Shown here: piece after piece, positions 14,835-28,957 of the stretch
How the letters are laid out: each line of letters begins with the position of its first letter
Numbering within the stretch: position 1 is the stretch's first letter
DNA from: Balanoglossus misakiensis
Taxonomy: Eukaryota; Animalia; Hemichordata
Direction of reading: 5' to 3'
Assembly: GCA_040954595.2 (NCBI GenBank)
Contig: CM082584.2
Coordinates: 3,007,344-3,071,343, forward strand
Length of the DNA: 64,000 nucleotides
Position numbers and translations under genes: made by a program
Notes under the pieces: generated by a model
What the model was told of the DNA's origin: nothing
Database searches by the model: none
What the model saw: only the letters and a program-made list of their open reading frames with translations

Positions 14835-15109
14835 CGCTTTTCAAACTGTCACTCGTATCTTCTTGAGAAAACTCACAACTTGGGTTTTAAACAAAAACAA
14901 TGTTGTGGAATAAACAACTACAAACACTAAGTAAAGGTCAGAAAAATTGCATCAAAACTAAAAAAAGTATTCAAACAAGATAAATGATTACAATCAAAGA
15001 TAAAATAAAAGATTTCAAACAATTTGCAGATTTGCCATTCAGGCAAATACAGCCAAAGCAAGAGATGTCAAGCAAATCGAGCAACTCTTACAACAAGATG
15101 GAAAGTACA

Positions 15110-15640
15110 CAAGTCATGCAGACTGAATGTTTAACAGTGACTGATTGAATGTTGATACCATAGCATATTGGATGGTTTTGTGAAATGTGTCTGTCTACAG
15201 TGTGTTTCAATGTAGCTCCCAGCAGTATTCACTTTGCGTGAATTTCTCCAGGTCTTCAACCAATTTGTCAGTCTTGTGGGTCATTTGTAAGGTATTATGA
15301 TTAACCCCTGCAACTGTCAATCCAGCAGAGGCAATGTTATTAACAATGAATTGCACATGCATAACTGACTTAGAGGGCCCAGAGGGAAAACCAGCTTCAT
15401 TCAAAAACAAAGAATAGCCGGTGCCTTGGGGGTCTAAACCATGGGATTTGCAACAATAACACTGTTGTCCCCTGATATCAATGCATCCGTAGAAGAATTT
15501 GAAAAGCTTGGTGATAAAAATGCAGCAAATATGCAACATGCAAATGAGTGTAGTCCCTATAATGACAGGAAGCCTTTTAATGGTCTGATAACATAAACTA
15601 GCAGAAAAGTCGTAAAAAATTTCCCTGCGATGCATCGTTG
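15110..15640 (-). repeat. Old dispersed repeat, possibly a LINE ORF2 3' remnant (related copy ~28090-28545 on +)
   Basis: Both copies translate to (K/R)RLP(V/I)I(I/V)GT ... KFTQS..CWEL and align in opposite orientation. Family assignment is uncertain. Confidence 0.55.
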
Positions 15641-15863
15641 GAGATCATACATTTTATGAAATTTTTTCTATGGATATGAAAATAGTGGTACTTAAAGAGT
15701 GTAACAACCTATGAACAAGGATTAATCCGCACTATTTCAGCCTTGAAACAGAAATGCATTAAATTTTTGATAAAAACTATACTACAGTTCTTACAAAATA
15801 TGTGCTGTCTTTGGCCTGGCTACATGTTCCCTTTTGTTGAATTAAATTTGCCACATCAAAGTC

Positions 15864-18800
15864 CAGCCAGCTTTTGAAAGCATGGGACGATTGTGACCCG
15901 CAGCAGGTTAAAAGGGGGACAGATCACATTTTCGGGGGACAATATATCAGGACAGTGTTCTCCCTTGGAAAAATCATAGAGTCAGGGCTAATTCCCATAC
16001 AATTTACATAATCATAGCTTCTTTTGGACAAATTTTACCACGGCCGTTACTTATCAAGTATGCTGACATTGGCACATCGTACTTACTAAGAAAGAATATT
16101 GTCTTTTTTATATCCAGTGTAAAGTAGGCCTAGTGAAATACTATTACTAGTGGAAGTATTTGAAATTGACCTCGGGTTACGAAGTGCGCTCCAATAAAAC
16201 ACCCTGACGTTCCCACGACTTGCTATGCGCCTCAAAAACTGTGATGTTGTCATATTTTTTACGCGCTAGCAACAACCAGTAGTAAGAGAGACTGATAAAT
16301 CGATGCTGATATGACAGCCTGTTTATTGATGTTTTAAAATGGGGTAGAAATTTTATAGATGTCAGACATTTAGAGGCTAAAAATGGCAAATATTCAACAG
16401 TGTCGAGCAGTTTTCAAGTGGGAGTTAGACAGCTTCCTGCTATATGCCAATTTACTAGCATACGGACGGGACCTTTGAAACAAGCCACTTCTTGTGTCAG
16501 CTGCTTGATCGCACGAGCGGTTGGCTTAATTCAAGACACTGCATTGTTTATCATGATGGTGGTTGCTGTTTCTATTTTGTTTGTTTGTTTGTTTGTTTCC
16601 ACGAACAGAACGCCTAATTCACCTGTGTCCTGGATGAAACACTGCCTGCCCATGCCAAGTTCACAAGTTTTCAGTGCTGGTTGTCTTTTACATCCTACTA
16701 CATGTATCTGTTTTTTTTAGAAATTGGACATATCCTACGACAAGACATCTCAGATTTTGTGTTAATTATGATTTACTGCCATTGGTGAAGAAGTGTTATT
16801 GTGCATTGTTTTGTGTTTTTTTTTTTTTTTTTTTTTTTTTTGGGGGGGGGGGGAAGATCAACATTCAGGATCAGATTAATTACTTTGATAATATTTTTTT
16901 TGCAATCATACCCCACCCTATCACCCTATTCTAAACAAAATCAAATAGTGCAAAGTAATTCAAAGTTTACCTTATCAAGTAGGCATGAAGCAGGGCAGGC
17001 GGCAATGAAATTTACCTGCCCTTCGCAATTATTACCGGCCCTCGGCTGCTGTTAATTTTATAATCATGTGCAGACGCGCAGACACTTGGCATGACCTCCA
17101 ACAAAAGTTGCTTCATCATTTGTCATGTTTAGCTGATTTGTTACAATACGCGCACGCGTTCAGTGCGTTGCTTGTGTTACTAGGCTGTTGATGCGATTTA
17201 TAGGACGCCTGTCTAAAGATAACTTGTGCACTGAATGAAATGGCAGCGCACTGCTCTTGACAGCGTGCAGAGCTGCGTTGCTTCTTGGGTGATTCAAGCC
17301 GTGGAAGGTGTGAAATCACTCAATTGTGTTCACTAAATTATCAAAAATTGAAAGGGAGTGGCAAGTTACAGTGAAAGCAAAGGTGGACGCAAAGCAAAAG
17401 TATAGGGGTGACAATCAGTCACATTGTTGCTCACTCAGGAAGAATGCATCACAGTGACCCATGAAGATTATTCCGTTGCGATAATCCAACATTTATTGCG
17501 TCAAATGTCGCAAGGCCGCACGCTAGCTGAAACACTGAAAGAGAGAGCATATTTGGTAGGCAGTCATACAACATTGGCACTTTTGTTTAAGTGTAAAGAC
17601 AATCTGACTTTTGCCAAATATTCAGAGGGTATCAACTTCAAGGACAGAAAACGTGGACATTCCTGCCTGCTATTAAGGTTAGTGGTTAGAGGTTAGAGGT
17701 TAATGTTAGAGGTTAGATTGGGGTTAAAGATTAAGGTGCAATTGCAATAGAAGGCTGCAATGTTCAAGTGTAACTGTCCTGAAAGCAGTCATCCGAATAT
17801 CTGAAGGCCTGCAAGGTCCTAACCAGTAGACTGTGATAATCTGTGATTTCTAGACACAAGCAAGACATTCCTTCACTTGGTAACAGTATAATTTTATCAT
17901 ACAAGTAGCTTTTGTCTGTCTATCAGAACTATCCGCTTTGCTTTGTAAAATTTCAGATAATCAGTTGGAAAAACAAATTTGTGGCTAAGAATCCTAAATA
18001 GGTGCTCTCTCTGTGTTTAAAACACTATTAATACTATCTAAAATCACAAATGATAGAAATAAAACAATATACAGTGTTTCAGCTTGCGTGCGGCCTTGCG
18101 ACATTTGATGCAATAAATATTGGATTGTCACAACAAAATAAATCTTCATGGGTCACTGTGACACATTCTTACTGAGTGAACAACAATATGACAGATTGTC
18201 ACCTCCCAGACTTTTGCTGTGCATCCACCTTTGCTTTCACTGTAACTTGCTACTTCCTTTCAATTCTTGACAATTAGTGAACACAACTGAGTGATTTCAC
18301 ACCTTCAACGGCTTGAATCACCCAAGAAGCAACGCAGCTCTGCACGCTGTCAAGAGCAGTGTGCTGCCATTTCATTCAGTGCACAAGTTATCTTTAGACA
18401 GGCGTCCTGTAAATAGCATCAATAGCCTAGTAACACAAGCAACGCACTGAGCGCGTGCGCGCATTGTTAACAAATCAGCTAAACATGACAAAAGATGAAG
18501 CAACTTTTGTTGGAGGTCATGCCATGTGTCTGCGCGTCTGCACAGGCTTATAAAATTAACAGCAGCCCAGGGCCAGTAAACTGCAAATGAACATGGTCAC
18601 CACCGTGAAAAAATGCTAGAAACAAGGAAAACGTTGCATTTCCCACTATATAATTTCATAAACGAAGCATGATCTCATCCACTACAACTGTGGAAGTAAA
18701 TGTACTCCGCTGGGACATTACATTTTCATTTTTGATCGCAATATTTCAGGAATTTTCGATTTTCTTTAATTTTTGGCCATTTTGTCCAAAATAAGTGATC

Positions 18801-20569
18801 TTGATATATACTATTATGAAATATCATTTAATAGACATAATTCAAAGGATATATGGGATTATTTAAAACTTAAATTTTTTATCCAGTTGCAGCTCATGTA
18901 CCTTTAATCTAATCCTGAATGTTGATCTTTCCCCCCCCCCCCAAAAAAAAAATCACAGAAAAACTCAGACTCGGTCACAGATATCGAAAACAGAGGAATG
19001 GCGTAAACATAAGATCAGCTGATTGCAGTCAATCCATGTACTGTACATGTCTAGTATCATATTCAAACATCAGGAAATAAATAATGAAGGTTTATTAACG
19101 CATGCAAAAATTCATTTAAGGGTTCTGCTGAAATATATTTGAAAAAGTTTAGATTTTTGTGAAATCTTGGTGAGGACTCAGGCAATATTTGCATTCATTG
19201 GCGTTCTCAAGAAAGTTCACGTATACGAGTGCTCGAAAGGTTGCATTACATAAACAATCTCGCCCTCGATCGACCCTCCATACCGCGTAGACAACATAAC
19301 AGTGACAATTGCGGCATCACTTTTTACGTATAACTTTGTTGACATGACTGCTTGGTACATGGTACACGGTATGTATGGTGAACGAATGTCAATTCCAGTA
19401 TCATCGAGAGGTTTGCTTTACGTGTGGGACCGAGCCATGTTGAAAACTGCGCATGATTCAAGAGCAGACGACATGTAGTGCCGCATTAGGAAGAAAAAAA
19501 TAAACAAATCGCTAGTCAAGGTCAGATTTAAAATTAATAAATATCGCAGTACATTGTATTTATTCTGTGTATATTTGCATTTTTTTTTAGCCCTTAATAT
19601 GTTCGCATTGTTTGAAAGCTCCGTTATTCAGTCAGAAATTGTCCACGTCTGGCTGGTTCTTGAGTGTGTCGCGCGTCCACGTCATAACACGATACATTAT
19701 CTGTAATAATTTACAGCTATGACGTCACAAAATTCACTTGATAAAGCTATAATATTAAATATTTTATATCGATGTTGAGGGGCCTTAGTGATGTCCAAAA
19801 GAAGCTATGATTATGTAAATTTTATGGAAATTAGCCCTGAATCTATGATTACTCCCAGGGAGAACCCTGTCCTGATATATTGTCCCCCGAAAATATGATT
19901 TGTCCCCCTTTATAACCTGCTGCAGGTCACAATGTTCCCAAGCTCCACAGTACAATATTTTACCCACAATTGTCCATGATTTGTATCATTGAACGTTGCC
20001 CATTTAATAACTTTTTCTTTTTTACATGCTAACAATGATATGAAGTACATAGAAATATATTTATTTTTATCTAGGAAAAGTATGTTAAGCAATTAGAGTG
20101 AAAATTTCAAAATCAAAATTAGAAGCCATAGGAATCTAGATATTCATGTACTGCAAATGTCACACTTTAGGGGAAACAAGCAATGACTAACTGGGGTGGC
20201 CAGTCTCTGTTGAAAGTTAACATGCAAATTTCCTTTGTTCTGTCAATAGAAAAATCATTTTTTGTTTGATTGAACGGGTATTTCAAGTGTCCCTGTGTTA
20301 CTTCAAACTTCTTTGTATAGCTGGCTATGCAATTGCTTGATTATTTTATAAAATTAGTATCTCCTCTCTCAATAATGCATAATTTTAAAAATAATTTGAA
20401 ATGGTTATTCACAGTAAGATTTGCCTACGATCTCGAACTTGGTATTAGTGATCTACAATTCTCTGTTCACATGTGAACTATGCCTGGTTTGACTGAGGAT
20501 TATCTGTTGGTACAAATCAGAATGAATCATGAGATATTTCTAGTACTGTGTGCTTTCAAAAGCTGGCTG
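15864..20569. repeat. Nested inverted-repeat (foldback-like) structure
   Basis: Three concentric arm pairs: 15864-15968 with 19854-19940 plus 20551-20569; 16835-16879 with 18904-18950; and 17032-17537 with 18072-18579 (~500 bp, highly similar). Confidence 0.85.
19946..20550. mobile_element. CAC...GTG-terminated non-autonomous element (Transib-like) splitting the outer right arm
   Basis: Termini CACAGTAC / GTACTGTG. Flanks AGCTC / TGCTT look like a decayed 5-bp TSD. Removal restores the reverse complement of 15864-15890. Confidence 0.6.
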
Positions 20570-22014
20570 AAACACTGATAATATACCAATTTGCTTGTAA
20601 ATTTGAGGAATTTTACCTGATGAAATAACAATTTGTATTTTTATCTGTCTAGCTGAATTTTGGTGATTATCATTATGCTCCATACTTGCCTTTGTACTTT
20701 TACAAATATTTTAAATCGAGGTTGAAGATATGTAACACCACTAATATGTAGATTTGAATGTATTTGATAATAAACAGAGGTCGCGATAAAATTTTTTTTT
20801 GAGTGTGTATTTTTGATGCATTCATAAAAAAATGTGTCAAACTCCTTTTATTTAGCCTGCGTCGTACACATGTCTAATTCAAAATTCATCAAACAAAATT
20901 AGCTACATTTTGAGTACAAAAGGTCGGGCACGCAAGTGATTATTTTGATCCCAGGGGTAGTGAGCGGTATGCGTATGGTTTACGTTGACCATTGTGCAAA
21001 TAGAGAGGCCATTCCAATGTGTCAATATTGATGCACTTATTAAGATTTTCACGTCAAATGAGTATTTTGCCGTCAAATATACATAATTTTTGCATAAACG
21101 CGACCTCTGATAAATGCACAATTTTTTTAATAAACAGCGAAAATGGATGCATGGGCTGTTGAATGTAGTCTGTGACAAACGTTACATTCCATACAAAGCG
21201 TATGATTTCATTTTATGAGTGTCTAGCTATTACATTATATTTTTCAGCGAATTTACATGCAGCACATTGCAGGATGCTACAATCTCTAGTGCAAATTTGT
21301 TTGCGAAATTATGTTTGGCTTTACATTATATGACAAAAGTGAACATGTGTGCATGACTGCCAGATGCTGTTATTTTTCATTTGTCAAGTATACCAGGTCT
21401 CATTCACTGGCTTTAGAGAGGCTTTATATATACAGACCCGCCAATAAGTATTTACGCACCTTGACCATGAACGTTTGCTATAACAAATTATTCACAAAAT
21501 CGATCGACTGTAACTTATTTCCGAAAATAAATAACCTACGGAAGGTTTAACCCATTTTAGTCAACACAGATGTGTTGCCGCGCCGAATATGACTGCATAC
21601 GTGGCGAGTTTTTCGGCCATTGAAATTTCCTATGATTATTGCAATGGCGGTATACTCATTTTCATTAACTTTTCGAGCCATTGTGTCCGTGGCTAATTTC
21701 CCTCTATTCATATTTTAATCTCCACCAATCAGACCTTTTAAATATAATTCTGATTATTTTGGAGCGGGAAAATCTGCCAGATTTGCTTATGAATATTCTG
21801 ATCGAGGTCGTCGGAGGTTGCTGCATAATTTTTGTTTGTAAACAGTGAATAAGTGAAATCATGCTTAAAGTTCGCGAACTTCCTGGATTTGTGAAAGGTC
21901 AAATTGAGGCACTGCATAGGCAAGGTTTGAGAAACCGAGAAATTGCAAGGAAGTTTGGAATCATCAAAGGCAGCGTCAGGTACAACATTCGGAAACTTGT
22001 TCGAAATGGTAGCA

Positions 22015-23937
22015 CCCTTACCAAATTTCCGAGCGCTCGGGTGCACCTCGGGTGCACCTAAAATACACCCAAAACACACCAATTGCACTTAGACCCACCC
22101 GTAACCTACCTAAAACACACCACTGTAAGATGAGGTGGGTTTTGGGTGGGTGGTCTAACCCACCCGAAATCCACCCCTACAACATAAACTGAATAGGTGT
22201 CTTACGGGTGCACCCGAAATACACCTCCTGAAATCAGCACTGGCCGTTAAGGCACCCAAAACACACCCGCTTTAGACTTTGCAACTTTTTCACATCGAGA
22301 AGGCACCCAAAACACACCCGCTTTCGACTTTGCAATTTTTTCACATAGGGAAGGCACCCAAAACACACCCGCTTTCGTCTTTGCAACTTTTTCACATAGG
22401 GAAGGCACCCAAAACACACCCGCTTTCGACTTTGCAACTTTTTCACATCGAGAAGGCACCCATAACACACCCGCTTTAGACTTTGCAACTTTTTCACATC
22501 AGTTAGTTGATGAAAAATTATATCATCTGTTGAAGTTGGAAAATTTCTGAATATATTTTATTAAATAATTAACACAGCTCCAAGGAATAAAAAACATTTT
22601 TTTTATTTATATGTACTGGAATATCGCACAAAATCAAGTTCTGTCTCTTTATTTTGGAGATCACGATTTTAATAAAAGTTTTCCACGATTTATTCACCAC
22701 AATCTACAACCCTTGCAAGTTGTACTGGCCGAAGTACAATACTTGACTTTTGACCCGGGACGTCATTAACATACGTAACCGGATTGGTCCATTCATAATA
22801 ACGTCATTGAACAGTCATACTGGCAAGTCCACATCGTAGACACGGAAGTCAATGTCGGAAAGCCATTTCGACGCAGTTTTAGCAAAATTTGTGAAATCGA
22901 TTCGTTGTTCCGACTACTTTAGGCGTCAGAGATGACTTGCGGATATCAAAACACGTAAGATCATGACAAGGGAGGTCAGTCACGTACGTTGATCGCGCGC
23001 ATCGGTCGACACGGTCATAACAATGTGGCCGCCATTCTCGATGTCAGTAAACAGTCGCATTCAAACACATCGCGTTTTGATACGACTCGGACGATTGTAA
23101 GTACCAAAGGCGTTTTGAACGAACACCCACTTCTGTGGTGTGTCCATTGATAGCTGTTGATTTGACCGTACTCATTACAAGAAATCTCGATCGCCATTTA
23201 AGGACGATGATGCATGGACGAGCATCCGCGAGAATGGTTCATTCAAAATGGCGTGGACATTGCATGTACGTTGCATAATATCGTTCCCGGACAGAAATGT
23301 GAAGCAGCATGCCTCGGATAACTTTATTATTGCTGTGAAACCACTGACTATATTCTGATCACGATGACCACATTTCCATCGAACTTAGTGTAGATTACAA
23401 GTGTTTGTACATAGCTAGTCGAACTGTACTATGTAGCTCTATCATTTTGTCCTTCATTTTATTTTTACTGTACTGTACAAAAGAACTTTATTAAGTTTAC
23501 AATTAGCAATATATTGACTTTTAGTTTTATTGAACAATAATTGTATTGGCTGGTTTTTTTCACATTGTGTGTGTGTGTGTGTATGAGCCACTGCAGCAAC
23601 TGCATAATACATCCATAATATCATTCAGGTGTGTTTTAGGTGCCACCTAAAGTGCACCCGGAGTATGTTGTTCCGGGTGCGTTTCGGGTGCATCCATACC
23701 ATATCATACGGGTGTGTTTTAGGTGCCACCTAAGGTGCACCTCGGGTGTGCTCTATTTCGGGTGCCTTTTGGGTGCACCTATAATGCACCTGTTTTGTAC
23801 ACCCGAAACACACCTAAAGTGACCAATTTAAGGTGGTTTCGGGTGTGTTCTGAGGGGTGTGTTTCGGGTGCCACCTAAGGTGCACCCGGGGTGTGTTCTT
23901 TCGGGTGCCTTTCGGGTGCACCCGATTTTGGTAAGGG
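22015..23937. mobile_element. Non-autonomous EnSpm/CMC-like element inserted in the Tc1 transposase
   Basis: TIR CCCTTACCAAA / TTTGGTAAGGG with 2-bp TSD CA (equally readable as a 4-bp GCAC). Dense subterminal GGTGCACC / CACCCGAAA / ACACACC repeats at both ends. Excision restores the codons G-S-T-D of the transposase. Confidence 0.85.
22249..22500. repeat. 51-bp minisatellite, ~5 copies
   Basis: Unit AAGGCACCCAAAACACACCCGCTTT(A/C)GACTTTGCAACTTTTTCACAT(C/A)G(A/G)G. Confidence 0.95.
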
Positions 23938-25234
23938 CACGGACAATTTACATCGATCTGGACGGCAAAGACGAACAACGGAACGGGAAGACCGAATGTT
24001 GATTAGATCAAGTCTGACGGACAGATTTAAGACGGCCCGTGACCTCCGCGCTAAATTTTAATGAGGACACCAGGAAACTTTTGAGTATGAGCACAATCAA
24101 ATCCCGATTGTATAGAAGAGTCAGACTCCGTGGATGTGTGGCCAAGAAAAAGTCGAAATTACAACCCCGGCACAATGCAGCGTGACTACGTTTTGCCCCG
24201 CGTTACGTCAACTGGACACCTGTTCAGTGGTTCCAGGTTGTTTGTGATTTTGTGTTCCAACAGGATAATGCCCACGAACATACTGCCTTGGATGTGAAAT
24301 AATTTCTGCAAAATCCCCAGGATTACGGCTATCCGTTCGACAATTTTACAACGTTGGAGTGACCAGCCTAGTCTCCTGATTTGAGCCCCATCGCGAACCT
24401 GTGGGAGTTAATCGACTTGGACGTTCATTCCCGTCCAATACACAGCATCAACGACCTATTTAATCGCATAGTAACATCTTGGGAACAATTCCTGCAAAAT
24501 ATGTGTCGGAAACTCGTCGATACTATGCCGAAGCACCAGCGAGAGGTCATTAGGCGAAGGGGTGGACATATCCATTATTGACATTTGGTTCGTTCGATTT
24601 CACCTGATGAATATTCATGACGTTCTTTGCATTGTTGTTCCCATAGAGAATGGAACGTTTCGCTGACTCCGTCGCACATCTATTTTTACGTCGATATTTC
24701 TCGCTCAAATTTAATCGCAGATGAAAGATTTTTGTTGTATGACTGTTATTTCTCGTGAATTTGTGAAATATATTTGAAATTTTGCTAAAAACTGTCTGCA
24801 AGGTGTGTTATTTCATGTTTCTGAAATGTTTTCACTGCAGAACATGGGTGCGTAAATACTTATTGGTGGGTCTGATACATGTACATGTCTGTACATATTA
24901 TTCTTGATGTTGCTGTAAACATTTCTTTTGTGTCAGTTTCAAAGTCAGATGAGGTGGGTTATAACACCTTGATTCATAGGTTGTGTGACTTTTGAAAACC
25001 ATCACTCACATTCATGGAAGAGTTTTATCCTAAAAACAGTATACTTCAGTTGTCCGTAATAATAGCCTTTGTGTAAATTTCCCCTCTCTAAAGTGAGACA
25101 GAAGTAAAGAAATCATCTTCATAATGAAGATGTATGGGATAGCTGGTGAAGTGCTCGATACATTGCCTTCAGTGTGTGTTCCACTAGATGAAACAGTACT
25201 ACAATGTGGAAGCAGTACGGATGAGGTGCGTTCA

Positions 25235-25990
25235 GTTGGCATCCTTCAGTCTTGAGAGATCAATTGGATCTTCATGCTGGGATATGCTGGTCTAGATCTG
25301 GAACAGCATCGGGTGCATCTAGTCAATCCAATGTGAGAATGACTGTCTCTCTGATACTTTAAACAGGTGAAGGCTTAGGAGGAGCTGTTTTCCTGGCTTG
25401 ATGCCTTCCTTCTCTGTCTCTTGACTCCGCACATTTTGGCGAGTGTCTCTTCAAAGTTGGAGAGCCGTTGCCAACCACTTCAAGACTTGTCTTCAGGTCA
25501 TTCGGTCTGAGGCTAATTTTTAGACTCCCAAGAGTTTGTGTTGATGTCCAGGGACTTCGTGTCTCTTTTGCAAACATCCCTGTGGTGTAATGTCAGGTCT
25601 GTTTGCCATTAAGTGTCAGTTTGCGCCGTACAGGAGGTCTTTTAGGATCCACCCATCATCTATGAGCACATTGCCAAGCCAGTGTATTGTGTCTCTGCTT
25701 CAGCAGACTGTACCAGGTACATGCTAGAAATTCCAACTCTCTTCAGGACAGTGGTGTTAGTAACTTTGTCTTGATATTTCACATCCAGGATACGTCACAG
25801 GCAGAACATGTGAAAGGGTATTGAGCTTATGTTCCTCATAGGTGCTCCAAGATCCACTGCTGTACTGTACACATTAAGGCACTCACCACACAAACACTGC
25901 ATGTAGATGTGGACATCAGTGTCATACTTAGTAATACTCTGCGTCCAGTAGTCCCAAAGTAGGAGGGCTTTGTGATTAAGAAGAACAAAG
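25235..25990 (-). mobile_element. Degenerate RTE-clade LINE, 3' part
   Basis: Minus strand reads FHMFCL*RILDVKYQDKVTNTTVLKRVGI, HWLG, LKDLLYG, DVCKRD, SHSHIGL. The end AGACTGAAGGATGCC is RTE-like. Confidence 0.8.
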
Positions 25991-28957
25991 ATCTGAGCTA
26001 ACAAACTGCATAAGGTAAATTGGTCTCCTGGTGAGGTATATACCATCCTCCTCAGCTGGCATGATCTCCAGTATATGCCTTGGTGAAGTACAATGCACTC
26101 TCCACTGCACTCTTGCTATAATGGCCTGACTATTCATAATTCCTGAGGAGCAATGATTCATGGCTGGACAAATATTCATCACATGGTGAGAAACAAGTGG
26201 ATCTGGGAGCCTGCTATAAGATAGCATAGGGTTGAAAGCATGAGTTTAAGGTCTAGCTCAAATAGTTTTGTGGAATAGAGTGTTCTGACCTGACCCATCC
26301 TCCTGGCAAAGTATTTGTCTTGGCTCCCTTGACATTATTTCAAATTGTGTGTATCATGAAAATGCCAATCAGTCAGACACTTGCCTCCGCCAATAGAGAT
26401 AAGTCACAGCTGTTAAAACCATATCAACACATACCAAGAACCATAGACAATAGTAAAGAGAAAAGAAAACTAATACATATTTAGATTACAAACTGCGAAT
26501 GGATTGGCTGAGGGAACAGGATCCAGTGCGTACATGAGTAATAAAAGGATTTGAGAGAATAATTAAACAGAGCTCGTGCCTGGTCGGTTGATGTGGTATT
26601 GGCTGTTCTTGTCTACTAACACTACTTGAATGGATAAGGCTATGTGCTTTCTGGTGATATAGTAAAAGACAGAACTGCATGAAGCTCAGTTTTATGTGCA
26701 GGGGTTAATTCCCACGACACTGGACTGCCAGACATGCAGAAAAAATGGTCTGATGCAAATCAAGACTTGTAGTGAAGCACGAAGGTTGTCAGGTGATTGT
26801 CACCATACATTTCACTGCATTTTGAGGCCTGTCCCCAATGTGTAACGTCTTTGATGGACACATTTTTTACACTTGAGTGATTTGGCCTGAGCAATATCCA
26901 TAAGATCCCATTGAAACTTACGGATTTAGGTCAAAAAGTTGTCATCAAGTTCAGATGACCAGAGGTCTCAGAAAGATGAAGCTGCCCACAACTTGACAGA
27001 TCTGACAATATCAGAGATATCAATGACAACACCGGTAAATGGTGTGTTTCATTAGTAAAGACACAAGGAAGATGATCACTATGATCAGAGGCTGTATACT
27101 AGCTGAAAGATGTATCTTAGTGATCACAGGTGGACGTATACCCCACAGGTGCTGCCTGCACCTCGATAATATCATATGTACACGCACATGTACATGAATA
27201 CCGGTAACCTATAAAATGATAGTTTCGTAATGTGGAAAGAATAGTATGCCATTGGCGGCAAGGAAGAAGGAATTCTGACAACTGCTAAAAATTAAAGTGA
27301 CATGGCATATTGGCAGCCAATGGGAAACCCATTTGCTATAATTTCTGCCTTGTGAGCTGAATGCCAAGTTGAACTGTCCTCCAGGGTGGGACCCTGTGGT
27401 GATCCATGATTGCTGCATCCCCAAATGGCATGCTAGACACTTGCCTCCGATGAATAGGGGTATATATGTGACATAGCTGTATCCCAGAAGCCCTGGTGCA
27501 GAAGTCAGCAGTGTGATAGAGCATGTCTGTTACAGATCGTCAGCCATTCACTTCCATATTCGGTAAAATCAGTGATGGGATAAATACCCTTTTTTGTATG
27601 TTGGAGTGGGAAATCTGCTGAAATATTCCACTATAGGAGCAAAATAATTCACTATATAGACTCCAAGAGTTACTGAACAAGTGTTCTCAGCACAATGCTA
27701 CTAACCTCCTTCAAGTGATACTGCTAGATTTCAAGACAGCAGTTATAATATGTAAATACGAACCAATGCTAAGTCGACAAGGTTGCAAATACTACAGCTG
27801 GGCCGGTGGCTCCATGCCTCATAAAGCTGCATTTCCAATACAAGATTCTGCAATATTGAAGTCAGGACACACATGGGCCATAGGAGTATGAAAGTAGAAG
27901 TAGCACCCAAACCATACACCCACTATGGGTGTGGGTGTAGCAAAAAGTTTGACACAAGTATTAGAAGCAAGAGCCTGTAATTTACACAAAGGCTAACAAG
28001 GCAATACAAAGCAGTATACTCTGTTTATATGTTCTCCAAAGATGTTGTTCAACATACTCTCTTACGTATGTTCTATAATTAGCACATGTTTTTTTAACGT
28101 GAAAGAAGACTTCCAATCATTGTAGGGACGAACTCTCAATGTCATGGTCCACATTTTCTGAATTTTCATCTCAAAGCGACTCCAAATTCATTACAGACAC
28201 CTTGTATCAAAGGGTCAACGGTTATCATTACAAATTCTATGATGTAGTCTTCCAAGGCTCCAACTAATCTAGTTCTTGAATAAAACTGACTTTCCATGGA
28301 CTCTCCTCGTCAAGTTATGCAAGGCAATCCATTGCTAATGACACTGTCTCTACTGGATCGACAGTTAAAGGGGCGAAATCATAACACCAAACAAATAACC
28401 CACAAAAGTGACAAATTGGCGATGACGTGAAGAAATTCACACAAAGTGGCGTCTGCTGGGAGCTGTATCAAACCTCACTGCAAACAACACGTCACAATAC
28501 CATCCAATATGGACCAACATCCACATTAGATTATATTGTGAAACAAATCAATGAAAATGTGTATCGTAAAACACACAGTCATGGAACCATGTGTAAACAA
28601 ATTAGATATAATCAAAATCAAAATTGAATGACAGAGATAAAAAACATTCTGAATGCAGAGATTTTTTTTCTGAATGCTCAAGAATTCTTACTCCAAGCTC
28701 GGTAGTGGACATTTGCACATGGTACCCCTGACGTAAAGTGTATATTTTATCGTAAAGCACACAGTCAGGGAAGTGTAAACAAAACTAGATATATTCAAAA
28801 TCAAAGAAAACGAATGGCGGAATGACTAAGTGATCCAATGTAAACTTTTCTGTACATTATGAAAACAATAATTGTAACTCATAGAAAATTGACATCTTTT
28901 CTGAATATTGAAGGTTTGATGTCAAATGGGCAATTTGAATCACTGGTTATCAATTTT

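Larger units (their letters stand above)
21433..24874 (+). mobile_element. Decayed Tc1-like transposon
   Basis: 28-bp TIR CAGACCCGCCAATAAGTATTTACGCACC / GGTGCGTAAATACTTATTGGTGGGTCTG, with TA on the left. Transposase pseudogene 21861-24581: HTH, RSGR.R.TTEREDR, FQQDNA..HTA, SPDLSPI.NLW, LVDTMP....VIRRRGGH. Stops and an internal deletion. Confidence 0.93.

Noticed and set aside
17675-17735. Interstitial telomere
   Set aside because: Short and degenerate (TTAGAGG/TTAGTGG), not a true (TTAGGG)n tract.
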